Part shown: one piece after another, positions 1 through 8,458 of the stretch
How positions within the stretch are numbered: position 1 is the stretch's first letter
Layout: the number at the start of each line of letters is the position of its first letter
Assembly: GCF_035285525.1 (NCBI RefSeq)
Contig: NZ_JAYKGW010000234.1
Span: 1 to 23,824, forward strand
DNA from: Okeania sp.
Lineage (GTDB): Bacteria > Cyanobacteriota > Cyanobacteriia > Cyanobacteriales > Microcoleaceae
Direction of reading: 5' to 3'
Length of the DNA stretch: 23,824 nt
Notes under the pieces: generated by a model
Seen by the model: only the letters and a program-made list of their open reading frames with translations
Told to the model about the DNA's origin: nothing
The model's database searches: none
Translations under genes and position numbers: made by a program

Positions 1-691
1 TACCTTCATACTCTTCAAAAGTAATGTCAGTAATCTTACCACTAGCAGAAGCATTGTAAACAGTATTATTGCTCTTCGCACCACCAGGATAAACCTGACC
101 ACGACCTCGGTTGCCTCCAGCATGAACAGCATATTTACCAAAATTGATAGATTTATCTGTTGCTGGGTTTGGGGATAATATAGGGAATACAACCTCTTGG
201 TATTCATCCCCTGGCATTGGTCCGAATAGAAGAACATTTTCTTGATCATCAGAATAAGGCATGAAGTAAAGGTCAGCTACTTCCTCTGCCCACTCTTCAG
301 GTATTCTATCTTCTGGTGCAATCTTGAAACCTTCAGGTAACATCAATACTGCACCTACATTTAAGCCACCTTTGCTGCCATCTCCCAATACTTGCTCTAC
401 ACTTGTGTCGTAAGGAATTTTGACAATGGCTTTAAATACTGTATCTGGTAATACAGACTGAGGTACTTCTACTTCTGTAGGTTTAGCGCCAAGGTGACAG
501 TTAGCACAAACAAGTCTACCTGTAGCTTCTCTAGGAGTCGCTGGAGCAGTTTCTTGTGCCCAAAATGGGTAGGCATTTGCTGCCGGGGAACTCGTAAGAA
601 ATAGTGATATGGAGGCGATCGCTACTAAAATAGTCTTGGCGATCTGCTTCACAAAACTACTCCATACGGCTGATAAATTTATTTTTGACAT
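1..691 (-). CDS. petA: cytochrome f precursor, N-terminal ~230 codons; the gene runs off the left edge of the window
   Basis: Absent from the ORF track because the window edge truncates it. The reverse-strand ATG at 691-689 opens [70 protein letters not shown]... This shows a signal peptide, the mature N-terminus YPFWAQ and a CxxCH heme site (CANCH). The frame is still open at position 2 (...[18 protein letters not shown]). It lies 132 nt downstream of petC, as in the petCA operon. Confidence 0.9.
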   Translation of the reverse strand, partial: MSKINLSAVWSSFVKQIAKTILVAIASISLFLTSSPAANAYPFWAQETAPATPREATGRLVCANCHLGAKPTEVEVPQSVLPDTVFKAIVKIPYDTSVEQVLGDGSKGGLNVGAVLMLPEGFKIAPEDRIPEEWAEEVADLYFMPYSDDQENVLLFGPMPGDEYQEVVFPILSPNPATDKSINFGKYAVHAGGNRGRGQVYPGGAKSNNTVYNASASGKITDITFEEYEG

Positions 692-823
692 TACTTATTA
701 AGTCTTCTCTCAAAAATCCAAAACTTTTACAAATCTAAAGTTATACTACCATTAACTAGCATGGGTATAACGGATAGCAGAAAACTGCTGCAATGACTGA
801 ATGATTGATCAATCAAAAATTTC

Positions 824-1363
824 TTAAACCCACCAAGGCTCTTCCCCGGTACGGAAATCTGTTTCTTCCCATTGAGTGAAGACCAATTTATCATTACTAA
901 CATTAGCGTGGACTAATGCTAGAGACAAAGGTGCTGGTCCTCTCACTACTTTTCCTGTATTGTCATACTGAGAACCATGGCAGGGACAAATAAATTTATT
1001 CTCACTACCATTCCAAGGTACAACACAGCCTAAGTGAGTACAGACCGCATTTAATCCATAGTTAGCTAAGGTTTGATCTTCTTGGATTACTACATAAGTG
1101 GGGTCTCCTTTCAATCCTTGAGCTAAAGTTCGTTCACCAGGGTTGTGACTGGCCACAAAGTCACTGACTATAATATCGTTACCAAGGGCATCTTTAGCTG
1201 TTACTCCACCACCTGTTCCACCGCTAGATGGAGGAATAAAATAGTTAACAACTGGGTAAAGCGCTCCGAGAGCTACCCCGGTTACAGTCCCAAAGGTGAG
1301 AAGATTCATAAATTGGCGACGCCCCATATCGGGTACATCTGGTGTTCCTTCTGCTTGAGCCAT
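824..1363 (-). CDS. petC: cytochrome b6-f complex Rieske iron-sulfur subunit
   Basis: 179 aa ORF with an N-terminal RRQFMN twin-arginine-like motif plus a TM helix. It carries both Rieske cluster boxes, CTHLGCVV and CPCHGSQY. Confidence 0.95.
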   Translation of the reverse strand: MAQAEGTPDVPDMGRRQFMNLLTFGTVTGVALGALYPVVNYFIPPSSGGTGGGVTAKDALGNDIIVSDFVASHNPGERTLAQGLKGDPTYVVIQEDQTLANYGLNAVCTHLGCVVPWNGSENKFICPCHGSQYDNTGKVVRGPAPLSLALVHANVSNDKLVFTQWEETDFRTGEEPWWV

Positions 1364-1910
1364 AAATTAGGTTTGGTATTTTTTGTTAATTTACGTTTCT
1401 ATTGAGTGAATTATGTGCAGACAAAAATATAATTGCTGTTAGCCTGCGACTACGGGCAAGTTAACAATTTTCTATTGGATATAATAGAAGAATTGTGTCT
1501 TGAGGCCGTTTCCTGATTATTATTACATTATTTTAACTTCTACTGTTATTATTAAGAAATGTAAATATTTCACAGGCAAGTCACAATAAATTATTGTTTT
1601 TTAGTTAAAAATCTATATTATCTCACAATAAAGTTGTAATGTAAACTAAAATCAATATAAAATCTTAAGTGTATGGGTATGAGGAAGAAGTAATCTAATA
1701 AGCTTCACCTTTGAAAAGGAAAAAATTGGTCGTTTTGCACTCCCCAAGGCTTTCCTACAAAATACTGCGTTTCCCCTAAAGTGGGGCAAACTTCGGAGCG
1801 ACTTTGCCAGAGTGGGAAACCTTGGCATATCCATTGAAAATAAATTGATAATTTTTTAGTCTCCTAATCAAATTAGGAGTTTAACTGGTAATTGATAACT
1901 TATAACTGAA

Positions 1911-2222
1911 ATGACTGGCAAAGAATTACACCAATTATTATTGGCAAAGTGGGGTAAGTCTTATGATATTCAACTGCGACGGACAAAAGGTAAAATCTTG
2001 GTGCAGGTAATGTGGAAGTATTTGGAACAAGCATCTTTTCCCATGACAGAAGCAGAATATTCATCACACTTAGAGGCTATAGCTACCTACATCAATGGTT
2101 TTGGTGGTGTAGAAGTTGTCAAGAATTATATTGAGAATACAAAAGAAAGACCACGATTAGGCAAAGCAGTTAGTATTCCCTTAGATTTAGGAGAGAGAGC
2201 ATCAGAATGGATGGTAGAATAA
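1911..2222 (+). CDS. small conserved cyanobacterial protein, DUF3067-like
   Basis: 103 aa ORF. The WGKSYDIQLRR...VMWKYLEQASFPMTEAEY pattern matches my memory of the DUF3067 family; this is not verified by search. The ATG sits inside the repeated motif AACTGAAATGAC. Confidence 0.7.
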   Translation: MTGKELHQLLLAKWGKSYDIQLRRTKGKILVQVMWKYLEQASFPMTEAEYSSHLEAIATYINGFGGVEVVKNYIENTKERPRLGKAVSIPLDLGERASEWMVE

Positions 2223-2249
2223 CTTTGATTTGTCAGAAAAATCAAAGCA

Positions 2250-2585
2250 TTACAAAATTCTTAAGCCTATCGGTACATTTCTATCTGGTTGTACTAAAGC
2301 AACTTCTCCATGTTCCATCACTATACCTAGAAGCAAAACTTCAGACATAAAATTAGCTACTTGACGTGGAGGGAGATTTGTAACTGCTAAAATTTGTTTA
2401 CCTACTAAATCTTGAGGAAGGTAGAGCTTTGTTAATCCAGCGCTTGATTTTTTTATTCCTAACTCACCAAAATCTATCCAAATTTTATAAGCTGGTTTTT
2501 TAGCTTCAGGAAATTCTTCTACAGTGATAATTTTTCCTACTCTTATTTCTACATCTTGAAAATCATCATAAGTGATTTGATTCAT
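2250..2585 (-). CDS. csaA: CsaA/Trbp111-like stand-alone tRNA-binding (EMAP-fold) protein
   Basis: 111 aa. It is collinear with B. subtilis CsaA as I recall it (FxxxDIRVGxIxxxEEFPEAxxPAYKxxIDFGxxGIKxSSAxxTxxY...NxPPRQxAxFxSEVLxLG...LxQPDxxVPxG). Confidence 0.85.
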   Translation of the reverse strand: MNQITYDDFQDVEIRVGKIITVEEFPEAKKPAYKIWIDFGELGIKKSSAGLTKLYLPQDLVGKQILAVTNLPPRQVANFMSEVLLLGIVMEHGEVALVQPDRNVPIGLRIL

Positions 2586-2618
2586 CTTTTAATTTGACCT
2601 GAGTAATATTGAATAAAT

Positions 2619-3050
2619 TAGGGTTTGCTGATTTATCGGGAACCGTAAAAGTATTTTTTAAGGAAATAGGGAAATAGGAAAATGGGGTGATGGGGTGATG
2701 GGGAGTAATTTTGTTGCTCAACTCTTCCCCAAAATACGCTTCTTTTTGAACGAACTATAGCTACCGAAAAAGTAAACATTATAGAGAACAATGAGAAGAA
2801 TAATTGTTCCTTGATTTCTATGCCTAATGTCACCCTAAAATACGAAGTTTTTGATTTTTCGGGAACCGTACCCTCACCACCTAAAAGCTCACACTTTTTG
2901 ATACTCAAAAAAAGCTATAACCTTTATATTTGATAGCAACGGACAAGGCGATTAGGACATGGACTGATAATGAATCAAAGACCACGGAAAGACTTTTCCA
3001 CCTGTTCCCTGTTCCCTGCTATAAATACTTTTAGATTTAATCAGCAAGCC
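2619..3050 (+). mobile_element. MITE family 1 copy E (TA-flanked, TIR GGGTTTGC.../...GCAAGCCC)
   Basis: It starts TA|GGGTTTGCTGATT and ends AATCAGCAAGCC (degenerate). It contains the G-rich arrays GGGAAAT and GGGGTGAT and the conserved core TTTTTGATTTTTCGGGAACCGTACC (2857-). + means the AAAAGTCT/array end comes first. Confidence 0.75.
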
Positions 3051-3462
3051 TTGTTTACTCGAAAGTGCAAAGTTCTAGGAATAACTATTGCTAGTTAAGG
3101 TTTTCAGCTATCTAAAAGTTATAAACTTTCTATTGATAACTCTAAGTGCTGTCAACTTTTATCAGTAATATTTTCAGCCTTTAAAGCCAATAATTTTTTA
3201 GGAGAACTTTGTAATCTCCAGTTTATTATTCAGAAATTTTATTTTACAAAATTACAAAAGTCAATTTTCCAGCCTATATTCCTGGGAATCTCCTCCTTAA
3301 GCTAGAGGTTTTTATTGCTGAGAGCTGACAGCCAATACTTCCTTCCCGCTAGAAGAATACCTAGCAAAATTTGAGTATAAACTATATGCTGCAATAATCT
3401 ATTGATAAGTAATTTTGCGGCAGGAAGGGAGTAGCTGAAGTCTTACAGTAAGAACAATATTT

Positions 3463-4332
3463 TTATTTCCCAATTAACTTAACAACCAAACTACCTCCGA
3501 GATAAAGAGCAACAACTGCTCCACCTAATAAACTTTGAGTCAAAGGGTCAGTTGAAGGAGTTAAAACAGCACCTAAAACCGCAGCACCTAACAATACATA
3601 TTTCCAACTAGAAAGCATTTTTTCAGAACTAACTATTCCCACAATACCTAACAACAATTGTAGAATCGGAATTTGAAATGCTAATGCCGTACTAAACATT
3701 AATAATAATACAAATTCAAAGTATTTTTCAATTGACCAAGCTTGGTCTACTACTTCCGAACCATAACCAATAAAAAATGTCAAAGCTGCTGGTACAATTG
3801 CAAAATAAGCAAATACTAATCCTAATCCAAATAAGACTGTAGAACCCAAGAAAATTGGTCCGAGAAATCTTCTTTCCCTAACAGTTAAACCAGGCAAAAC
3901 AAACTTAACTATTTGATAAAGAATAAACGGACTTACTATCAGAATACCACTATATGCAGCTACTTTAATAGTAACAAAAAAGTATTCTCCTGGAGCAAGT
4001 TGTAGAAACTTTACTCCCTGAGCAGGAATTTCTAAGAATTTAACAATAGGTTTAACAACAATAAAGCAACCTATAATACCTACTACTGCTGCTATTAAAG
4101 AATAAAATATCCGCATTCGTAACTCTTCGAGATGATCGAAAAGAGACATCTCAACTTCATCAGGAACTTGGTTTAAATAATCTTCATTTTCTGAATCTTG
4201 GCGATCGCCAAACTGTTGGGCAGCAATATCGCCTATTCGATCGGAGTTAATCTCTGGCTCTTTTAAACTTATAGGTGTTAAATTATTATTATTTGAATTT
4301 TCTGGAGAATTATTAATTTCTGGAGGTGTCAT
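3463..4332 (-). CDS. tatC: Sec-independent (Tat) protein translocase subunit TatC
   Basis: 289 aa with six predicted hydrophobic helices. The canonical TatC opening [14 protein letters not shown] starts at residue 62. The first 61 residues are low-complexity (N/E/P-rich), so the real start may be the ATG at 4149-4147. Confidence 0.9.
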   Translation of the reverse strand: MTPPEINNSPENSNNNNLTPISLKEPEINSDRIGDIAAQQFGDRQDSENEDYLNQVPDEVEMSLFDHLEELRMRIFYSLIAAVVGIIGCFIVVKPIVKFLEIPAQGVKFLQLAPGEYFFVTIKVAAYSGILIVSPFILYQIVKFVLPGLTVRERRFLGPIFLGSTVLFGLGLVFAYFAIVPAALTFFIGYGSEVVDQAWSIEKYFEFVLLLMFSTALAFQIPILQLLLGIVGIVSSEKMLSSWKYVLLGAAVLGAVLTPSTDPLTQSLLGGAVVALYLGGSLVVKLIGK

Positions 4333-4334
4333 TT

Positions 4335-4369
4335 CAGTTATCAGTTATCAGTTATCAGTTATCAGTTAT
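4335..4369 (-). repeat. heptamer array (ATAACTG)x5 on the tatC strand
   Basis: Five perfect CAGTTAT units on the plus strand, ending 2 nt from the tatC ATG. Confidence 0.95.
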
Positions 4370-4685
4370 TATATTCTCTGACTAAAGCCACAGGTTATAA
4401 TAACTGAAGTTTATTTTTTGGTTATACTTGTTTCTAATTTATAGATTAATTATACACAAAAGTTCCTATTTTTCACACTATAGACTAATATTTTGTTTTT
4501 TTTAGGAATTAGGTAATAAAAAATAATAAAAAAACTCTACTTAACTAACTTAATAAATGCTATACCAATCCTATTTTATTGATGTATAAAAATCTTTCCG
4601 TTTTTCGGAAATAATAAATTGACAATAGTTTTGGGATTTAGTTCAAGTTTTTGAATTGTTACAACTTATTGAAGATTGCTAGATA

Positions 4686-5681
4686 TTAAAACTCCGCTTT
4701 TAAATCTCTTCCCATTAAAGCTGCCACAGCTTCTTCCGGAGTAATTTTACCATTCAATAATAAAAAAACTTGAGTAGAAATAGGCACAGCAATTTTCTCT
4801 CGATTAGCAATATTAATCAAAACATTCGTAGTATTAACACCTTCAGCAGTACCAGGTAATTCCTCTAAAATTTCTGCCAAACTTTTTCCCTGTGCTAAAC
4901 CATAACCAACCCGATAATTTCTACTCAAAGAACTGCTACAAGTTGCCAACATATCTCCTAAACCAGATAACCCAAAAAAAGTTTCAGTTTTTCCTCCTAA
5001 ATGAGTACCAATACGAATAATTTCTGTCAAAGCACGAGTTAATAAAGCTGATTTAGCATTAGTACCAAGTTCTAAACCATCACAAACTCCACTAGCAATA
5101 GCAATGACATTTTTTAATGTTCCACCTAACTCAGTACCTATCGGATCGGAACTACTATAAACCCTAAATAAACCAGAAGCAAAAATATTTTGTACAGTTG
5201 TTGCTGCTGTCTTATTTTTACTAGCAACTACCGTTGCTCCTGGTAATTTATCATCAATTTCTTTTGATAAATTAGGACCTGATAAAACTACTATAGAATT
5301 ATTAGGAAAATTAGCTTCCCAAATTTGAGAAGGAGTAAGGGTTGTTTCTGTATCTAATCCTTTTGTAGCAGTAATAATAATTACTTTTTTTGGTAAACCA
5401 ATGTTTTTAATTTTTTCAGCAGTTTCTTTAACTCCTTTCATGGAAATTGCCGAAACCATAATTTCAGCATCCTTTAATGTCTCTTCTAAACTAATATTTA
5501 AGCTGCGAGACCATAAATTTATTTGATGTTGATTATGACTTGCTAATTTTGCTAAAGCTGAACCCCATGCACCTGCACCTAAAATTGCTAAATTTGCTTT
5601 TTTAGTTGATATTGGATAAGCAGATTCTAGAGTTATAATAACTTCTTTTCTTTTATCAGCTTGAGATATTTTATTTAGCAT
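4686..5681 (-). CDS. gpsA: NAD(P)H-dependent glycerol-3-phosphate dehydrogenase
   Basis: 331 aa with a Rossmann GAGAWGSALA motif. GpsA-type core motifs are present (GPNLSKEI, GTLKNVIAIASG, GLSGLGD, SRNYRVG). Confidence 0.9.
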   Translation of the reverse strand: MLNKISQADKRKEVIITLESAYPISTKKANLAILGAGAWGSALAKLASHNQHQINLWSRSLNISLEETLKDAEIMVSAISMKGVKETAEKIKNIGLPKKVIIITATKGLDTETTLTPSQIWEANFPNNSIVVLSGPNLSKEIDDKLPGATVVASKNKTAATTVQNIFASGLFRVYSSSDPIGTELGGTLKNVIAIASGVCDGLELGTNAKSALLTRALTEIIRIGTHLGGKTETFFGLSGLGDMLATCSSSLSRNYRVGYGLAQGKSLAEILEELPGTAEGVNTTNVLINIANREKIAVPISTQVFLLLNGKITPEEAVAALMGRDLKAEF

Positions 5682-6012
5682 AATTTATTGATTGAATCTA
5701 TTACTGAGTTTTGATATAGTAATTTCCAAAAAGGTAAGCATTTCTTGCGGAATGCTGTGCAAACAGCAATAAAACTGAATATAGAACCAACTTTTTGATT
5801 TTATTTAGTAAGGTTTATTCTGTCTTAATAATATTCCTTAAGGAAAAATTTTAAATAAAGCTTTTATCCGACAGCAAAAATAATAGCTATCAGTTTAATT
5901 AGGGTTTTTAAAGATTTCACAAAATTAAAAGTATGAGTCATTTCAGTTATCAGTTATTAGTACCTTGTAGTTGTCGTCAGAGACTTGAGATAATGAATTA
6001 AATTTTTTTTCA

Positions 6013-6053
6013 TCCCTTTAAAAAGGGAGGTACATAATCTAATTTTTCGGTAA
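6013..6053 (-). repeat. solo IS200/IS605 left-end-like module (TTAC, 21 nt, hairpin)
   Basis: Hairpin TCCCTT/AAGGGA (6013-6028), then exactly 21 nt, then GTAA (6050-6053, i.e. TTAC on the minus strand). The spacer AATTTTTCGGTAAAA is shared with the copy at 6781. Confidence 0.55.
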
Positions 6054-6145
6054 AAGTTTTATTGATCTGGGGTTAAATCTTACTATAAAAGCGGGGCTTA
6101 ATTGCTGATAGTTAATAACTATAGTAATCCTAAATAATTCGTAAG

Positions 6146-6341
6146 AAAAAAGTCTAGGGGATTTGGAGACAAAACCCCCTTTCTGTTTGGGTTAGAAAAC
6201 TAAACCACTACTATAGAATCTTACAAACTATAGGGTTGAAGCACCAACTCTAGATATAGCGCTCAAAACTAGACCGCTATAGTTTTAAAATCTATATATA
6301 GTACCTTTACTTAAGTCCTGAACCTACTTAGGATTGCTATA
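6146..6341 (+). repeat. family 5 repeat (AAAAGTCTAGGGGATTTGG...TTAGGATTGCTATA) with a degenerate family 2 MITE inside
   Basis: Its ends match the 21317-21417 copy. The interior 6225-6320 aligns to the family 2 copy at 19190-19270. Confidence 0.55.
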
Positions 6342-6520
6342 ATAGCTGAATACTTACAAATTATATAATTATTTTTATTAGTGTTTAGTATAAAAAAATG
6401 ATAAAAAATAAAGAATATTTTTAATTCTAACGCTTATTTATAACGAAAAGTTTTGAATGACTACTGACTAAAGAGTATAGGTCAATAGATATATAGTAAT
6501 CCTAACAGAACTTAGACAAA

Positions 6521-6612
6521 CAGGACTTACGCCAAGATAATATATATAGATTCAAAAAACTATTGCGCATGGGGTTTTAAGCACTATATCTAGGGTTGGT
6601 GCGTAAGTCCTG
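6521..6612. mobile_element. MITE family 2 (TIR CAGGACTTACGC), 92 bp
   Basis: CAGGACTTACGC (6521-6532) pairs with GCGTAAGTCCTG (6601-6612). ACAAA flanks both sides, a candidate 5-bp TSD. An extra solo TIR lies at 6690-6701. Confidence 0.8.
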
Positions 6613-6896
6613 ACAAAGTGACCAAGAAACCGGGTTGATTGCTGTGATATGTTAAAATCAGGCAATTTCCTTAAAGAAACATGGTTTCTGCGTAAGTCCT
6701 GGGTAAATGATTTGTGACAGAAAAGTCTAGAGATTTGGTCTCCAAGCCAAGCACATAAATGAGATTTAGAAAAACAAATTTTACCGAAAAATTGGGTTTA
6801 AAGCCTCGCCCTAGAAGGGCGACTTTTTAGTTGATTGTTTTCCCAAGATTTATGTTATTGTATTGTTAGTTTAAAAGTCATTTTATAAAAGGGAGA

Positions 6897-7531
6897 TTTA
6901 AGTACCGTGTATATCCAACATCGGGATCAAAATACCGATTAGCCAAGTTATTTGGCTGTGTCCGTGTTGTCTGGAATGATAGTCTAGCTTGCTGTCAGGA
7001 GAAGTACAAGTTAGGAGAGAAAAAAAACTGTTAACTCCGAGGTACAAAAATATTTCATTATAAATTGTCTACTGAAATAATTAGTGGAAACCAAACAATT
7101 GTTTTAGAGGACTTGAATGTTTCAGGAATGGTGAAAAACCGTAAATTATCCAGAGCCATATCTGATTTAAGTTGGAGAAAATTCAGAACATTTTTAGAGG
7201 GAAAAGCTGAAAAATACGGTCGTGATTTTATAGTAATAAGCAGGTGGGAACCAATATCATATGCATTGTTCATGTTGTGGATTTCAAGGTGGAAAGTTAG
7301 ACCTTTCAGTAAGAGAGTAGGAATATTTCAACTTTGGTGCCAAGCACGATCACTCTGGAAAATGCAGCAATAAACATATTAGTGGCGAGCGGGCAGCCCG
7401 AGACATTAAAGGGACGTGGAGGCAAGCCTAAGACTACCGCATCTGGGAGCAGCAGCCAATGAGACGTCAACCCGCCGAGGAGCTACGGCTAGGTAGGAAT
7501 CCCCATCCGTTTACGGCCAGGAGGATGTCAA
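6897..7531 (+). pseudogene. tnpB: tnpB (RNA-guided nuclease of IS200/IS605) pseudogene
   Basis: An N-terminal fragment FKYRVYPTSGSKYRLAKLFGCVRVVWNDSLACCQEKYKLGEKKNC* (6897-) is joined directly to the RuvC-like C-terminal region ...YKLSTEIISGNQTIVLEDLNVSGMVKNRKLSRAISDLSWRKFRTFLEGKAEKYGRDF (7065-). A frameshift then leads to CSCCGFQGGKLDLSVRE* (TGG->TAG), and a second frameshift to ENAAINIL. No start codon is present. Confidence 0.75.
7380..7531 (+). ncRNA. candidate omega-RNA (reRNA) scaffold at the 3' end of the tnpB remnant
   Basis: A block of about 150 nt is clearly more GC-rich than its surroundings (gtggcgagcgggcagcccgagac...ggccaggaggatgtcaa). It overlaps the tnpB 3' end and reaches the inferred right end, which is where omega-RNAs are encoded. 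No covariance model was run. Confidence 0.35.
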
Positions 7532-7655
7532 AACCAATTATTAGGACTGCTTATAGTTCTCTAAACCATCAAAAAAAAGTTAAGTAAACACAAGAATTGT
7601 GCAATTTTAAGAGAAAATTGTCAGAGAAATCTCAAATCTATAAGGAGAGATAAAA

Positions 7656-8165
7656 ATGAAAATTAGTCGTCGATTAGGCAAAATATTAGCCCCAATAATA
7701 TTAATCAGCCTATTACTACTGACATCTGCTTGTAGTGCAGCTAAACAACCCAGTCGTTTTGACCAAGCTCAACAGCAAAGCAAAACAGAACGTCCCTCCG
7801 AAGCCAAACAAGTATCAGGTGGCAGTCTCAATAAATACTTTCCATCTGCCAGTGACAACTATCAACTTAACTATGCTCAAGAGAAAAAAGGCTTTGCTCA
7901 AGCAAGTCTGAAAAAAGATGGTAAACAAGTAGCAGTCATGTCTATCAACGACATTTCAGCTTCCTCCACTGCAGCCGAAAAATTCAAAGACAGTAACAAA
8001 AAAATTGGAGGATATCCAGCAGTTGAACAAGGAAAAACTACTACTGCTGTATTAGTAGATCGTTTTCAAGTAAAAGCCCAATCAAAAGATCCTTCATTTA
8101 CAGCCAGCGATCGCGAAGTATGGCTACAAAAATTTAATCTAAGTGGCCTAGCTAATTTTAAATAA
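7656..8165 (+). CDS. putative lipoprotein of unknown function
   Basis: 169 aa with a signal peptide and lipobox (LLLLTSAC/S). AAGGAGAG lies 7-14 nt upstream of the ATG. I recognise no family. Confidence 0.7.
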   Translation: MKISRRLGKILAPIILISLLLLTSACSAAKQPSRFDQAQQQSKTERPSEAKQVSGGSLNKYFPSASDNYQLNYAQEKKGFAQASLKKDGKQVAVMSINDISASSTAAEKFKDSNKKIGGYPAVEQGKTTTAVLVDRFQVKAQSKDPSFTASDREVWLQKFNLSGLANFK

Positions 8166-8167
8166 TG

Positions 8168-8250
8168 AGGGTTTATGAAAAAATCATAGTGTGGTTCATG
8201 TGGTAAGAGAGAGAAAGTAGGAATAATAAATAGTCCCTTGATTTTTCCCT
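8168..8250 (-). mobile_element. MITE family 1 terminal fragment
   Basis: gagggtttatgaaaaaatcatagtgtggttcatgtgg...ccttgattttt aligns to the reverse complement of the right ~100 nt of copy A (10850-10941). It begins 3 nt after the lipoprotein stop codon. Confidence 0.6.
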
Positions 8251-8458
8251 TTCGGAATGCTGCACCAACAGATATTCTGAGGAAATGCGCTCTCATTCAG
8301 CTTTTTAACAAATGACGTAATCCATTATCCATTAATGAATCATACTTTATAATTCTTGGGAATTTAGCTTATTGCTTTTTCCTCTTTTAAAGTTAATAAA
8401 GCTGACTGTTGACTGCTAAATTCTTACCTAATTGATAACTGAAATTAAGGAGTCTCAA

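Larger units (their letters stand above)
6781..7531 (+). mobile_element. IS200/IS605-family (tnpB-only, IS1341-like) element remnant, internally deleted
   Basis: On the left there is TTAC (6781-6784), then 21 nt, then a hairpin TCGCCC/GGGCGA (6806-6822). The body holds decayed tnpB. The right end is a GC-rich block terminating in ...GGAGGATGTCAA (TCAA at 7528-7531). Boundaries are inferred from the IS608 paradigm (TTAC left flank, TCAA right end). Confidence 0.6.

Noticed and set aside
1145-1405. 86-aa ORF on the plus strand
   Set aside because: It is entirely antisense to the well-supported petC gene and its upstream region, and has no recognisable motif.
1652-1834. 60-aa ORF on the minus strand in the petC upstream spacer
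   Set aside because: It has no SD and no family resemblance, and it overlaps the hairpin-rich segment. It is better explained as non-coding sequence.
2633-2908. 91-aa ORF on the minus strand
   Set aside because: It lies wholly inside MITE family 1 copy E. Part of the peptide (PSPHHPIFLFPYF) is a translation of the heptamer/octamer arrays.
7058-7373. ORFs 7065-7373 (+) and 7058-7273 (-) as independent genes
   Set aside because: The plus ORF is only the longest open piece of the decayed tnpB; its second half is out of frame relative to the TnpB Zn-finger. The minus ORF is antisense to it.
8066-8296. 76-aa ORF on the minus strand
   Set aside because: It overlaps the 3' end of the lipoprotein gene on the antisense strand and runs through a MITE fragment.
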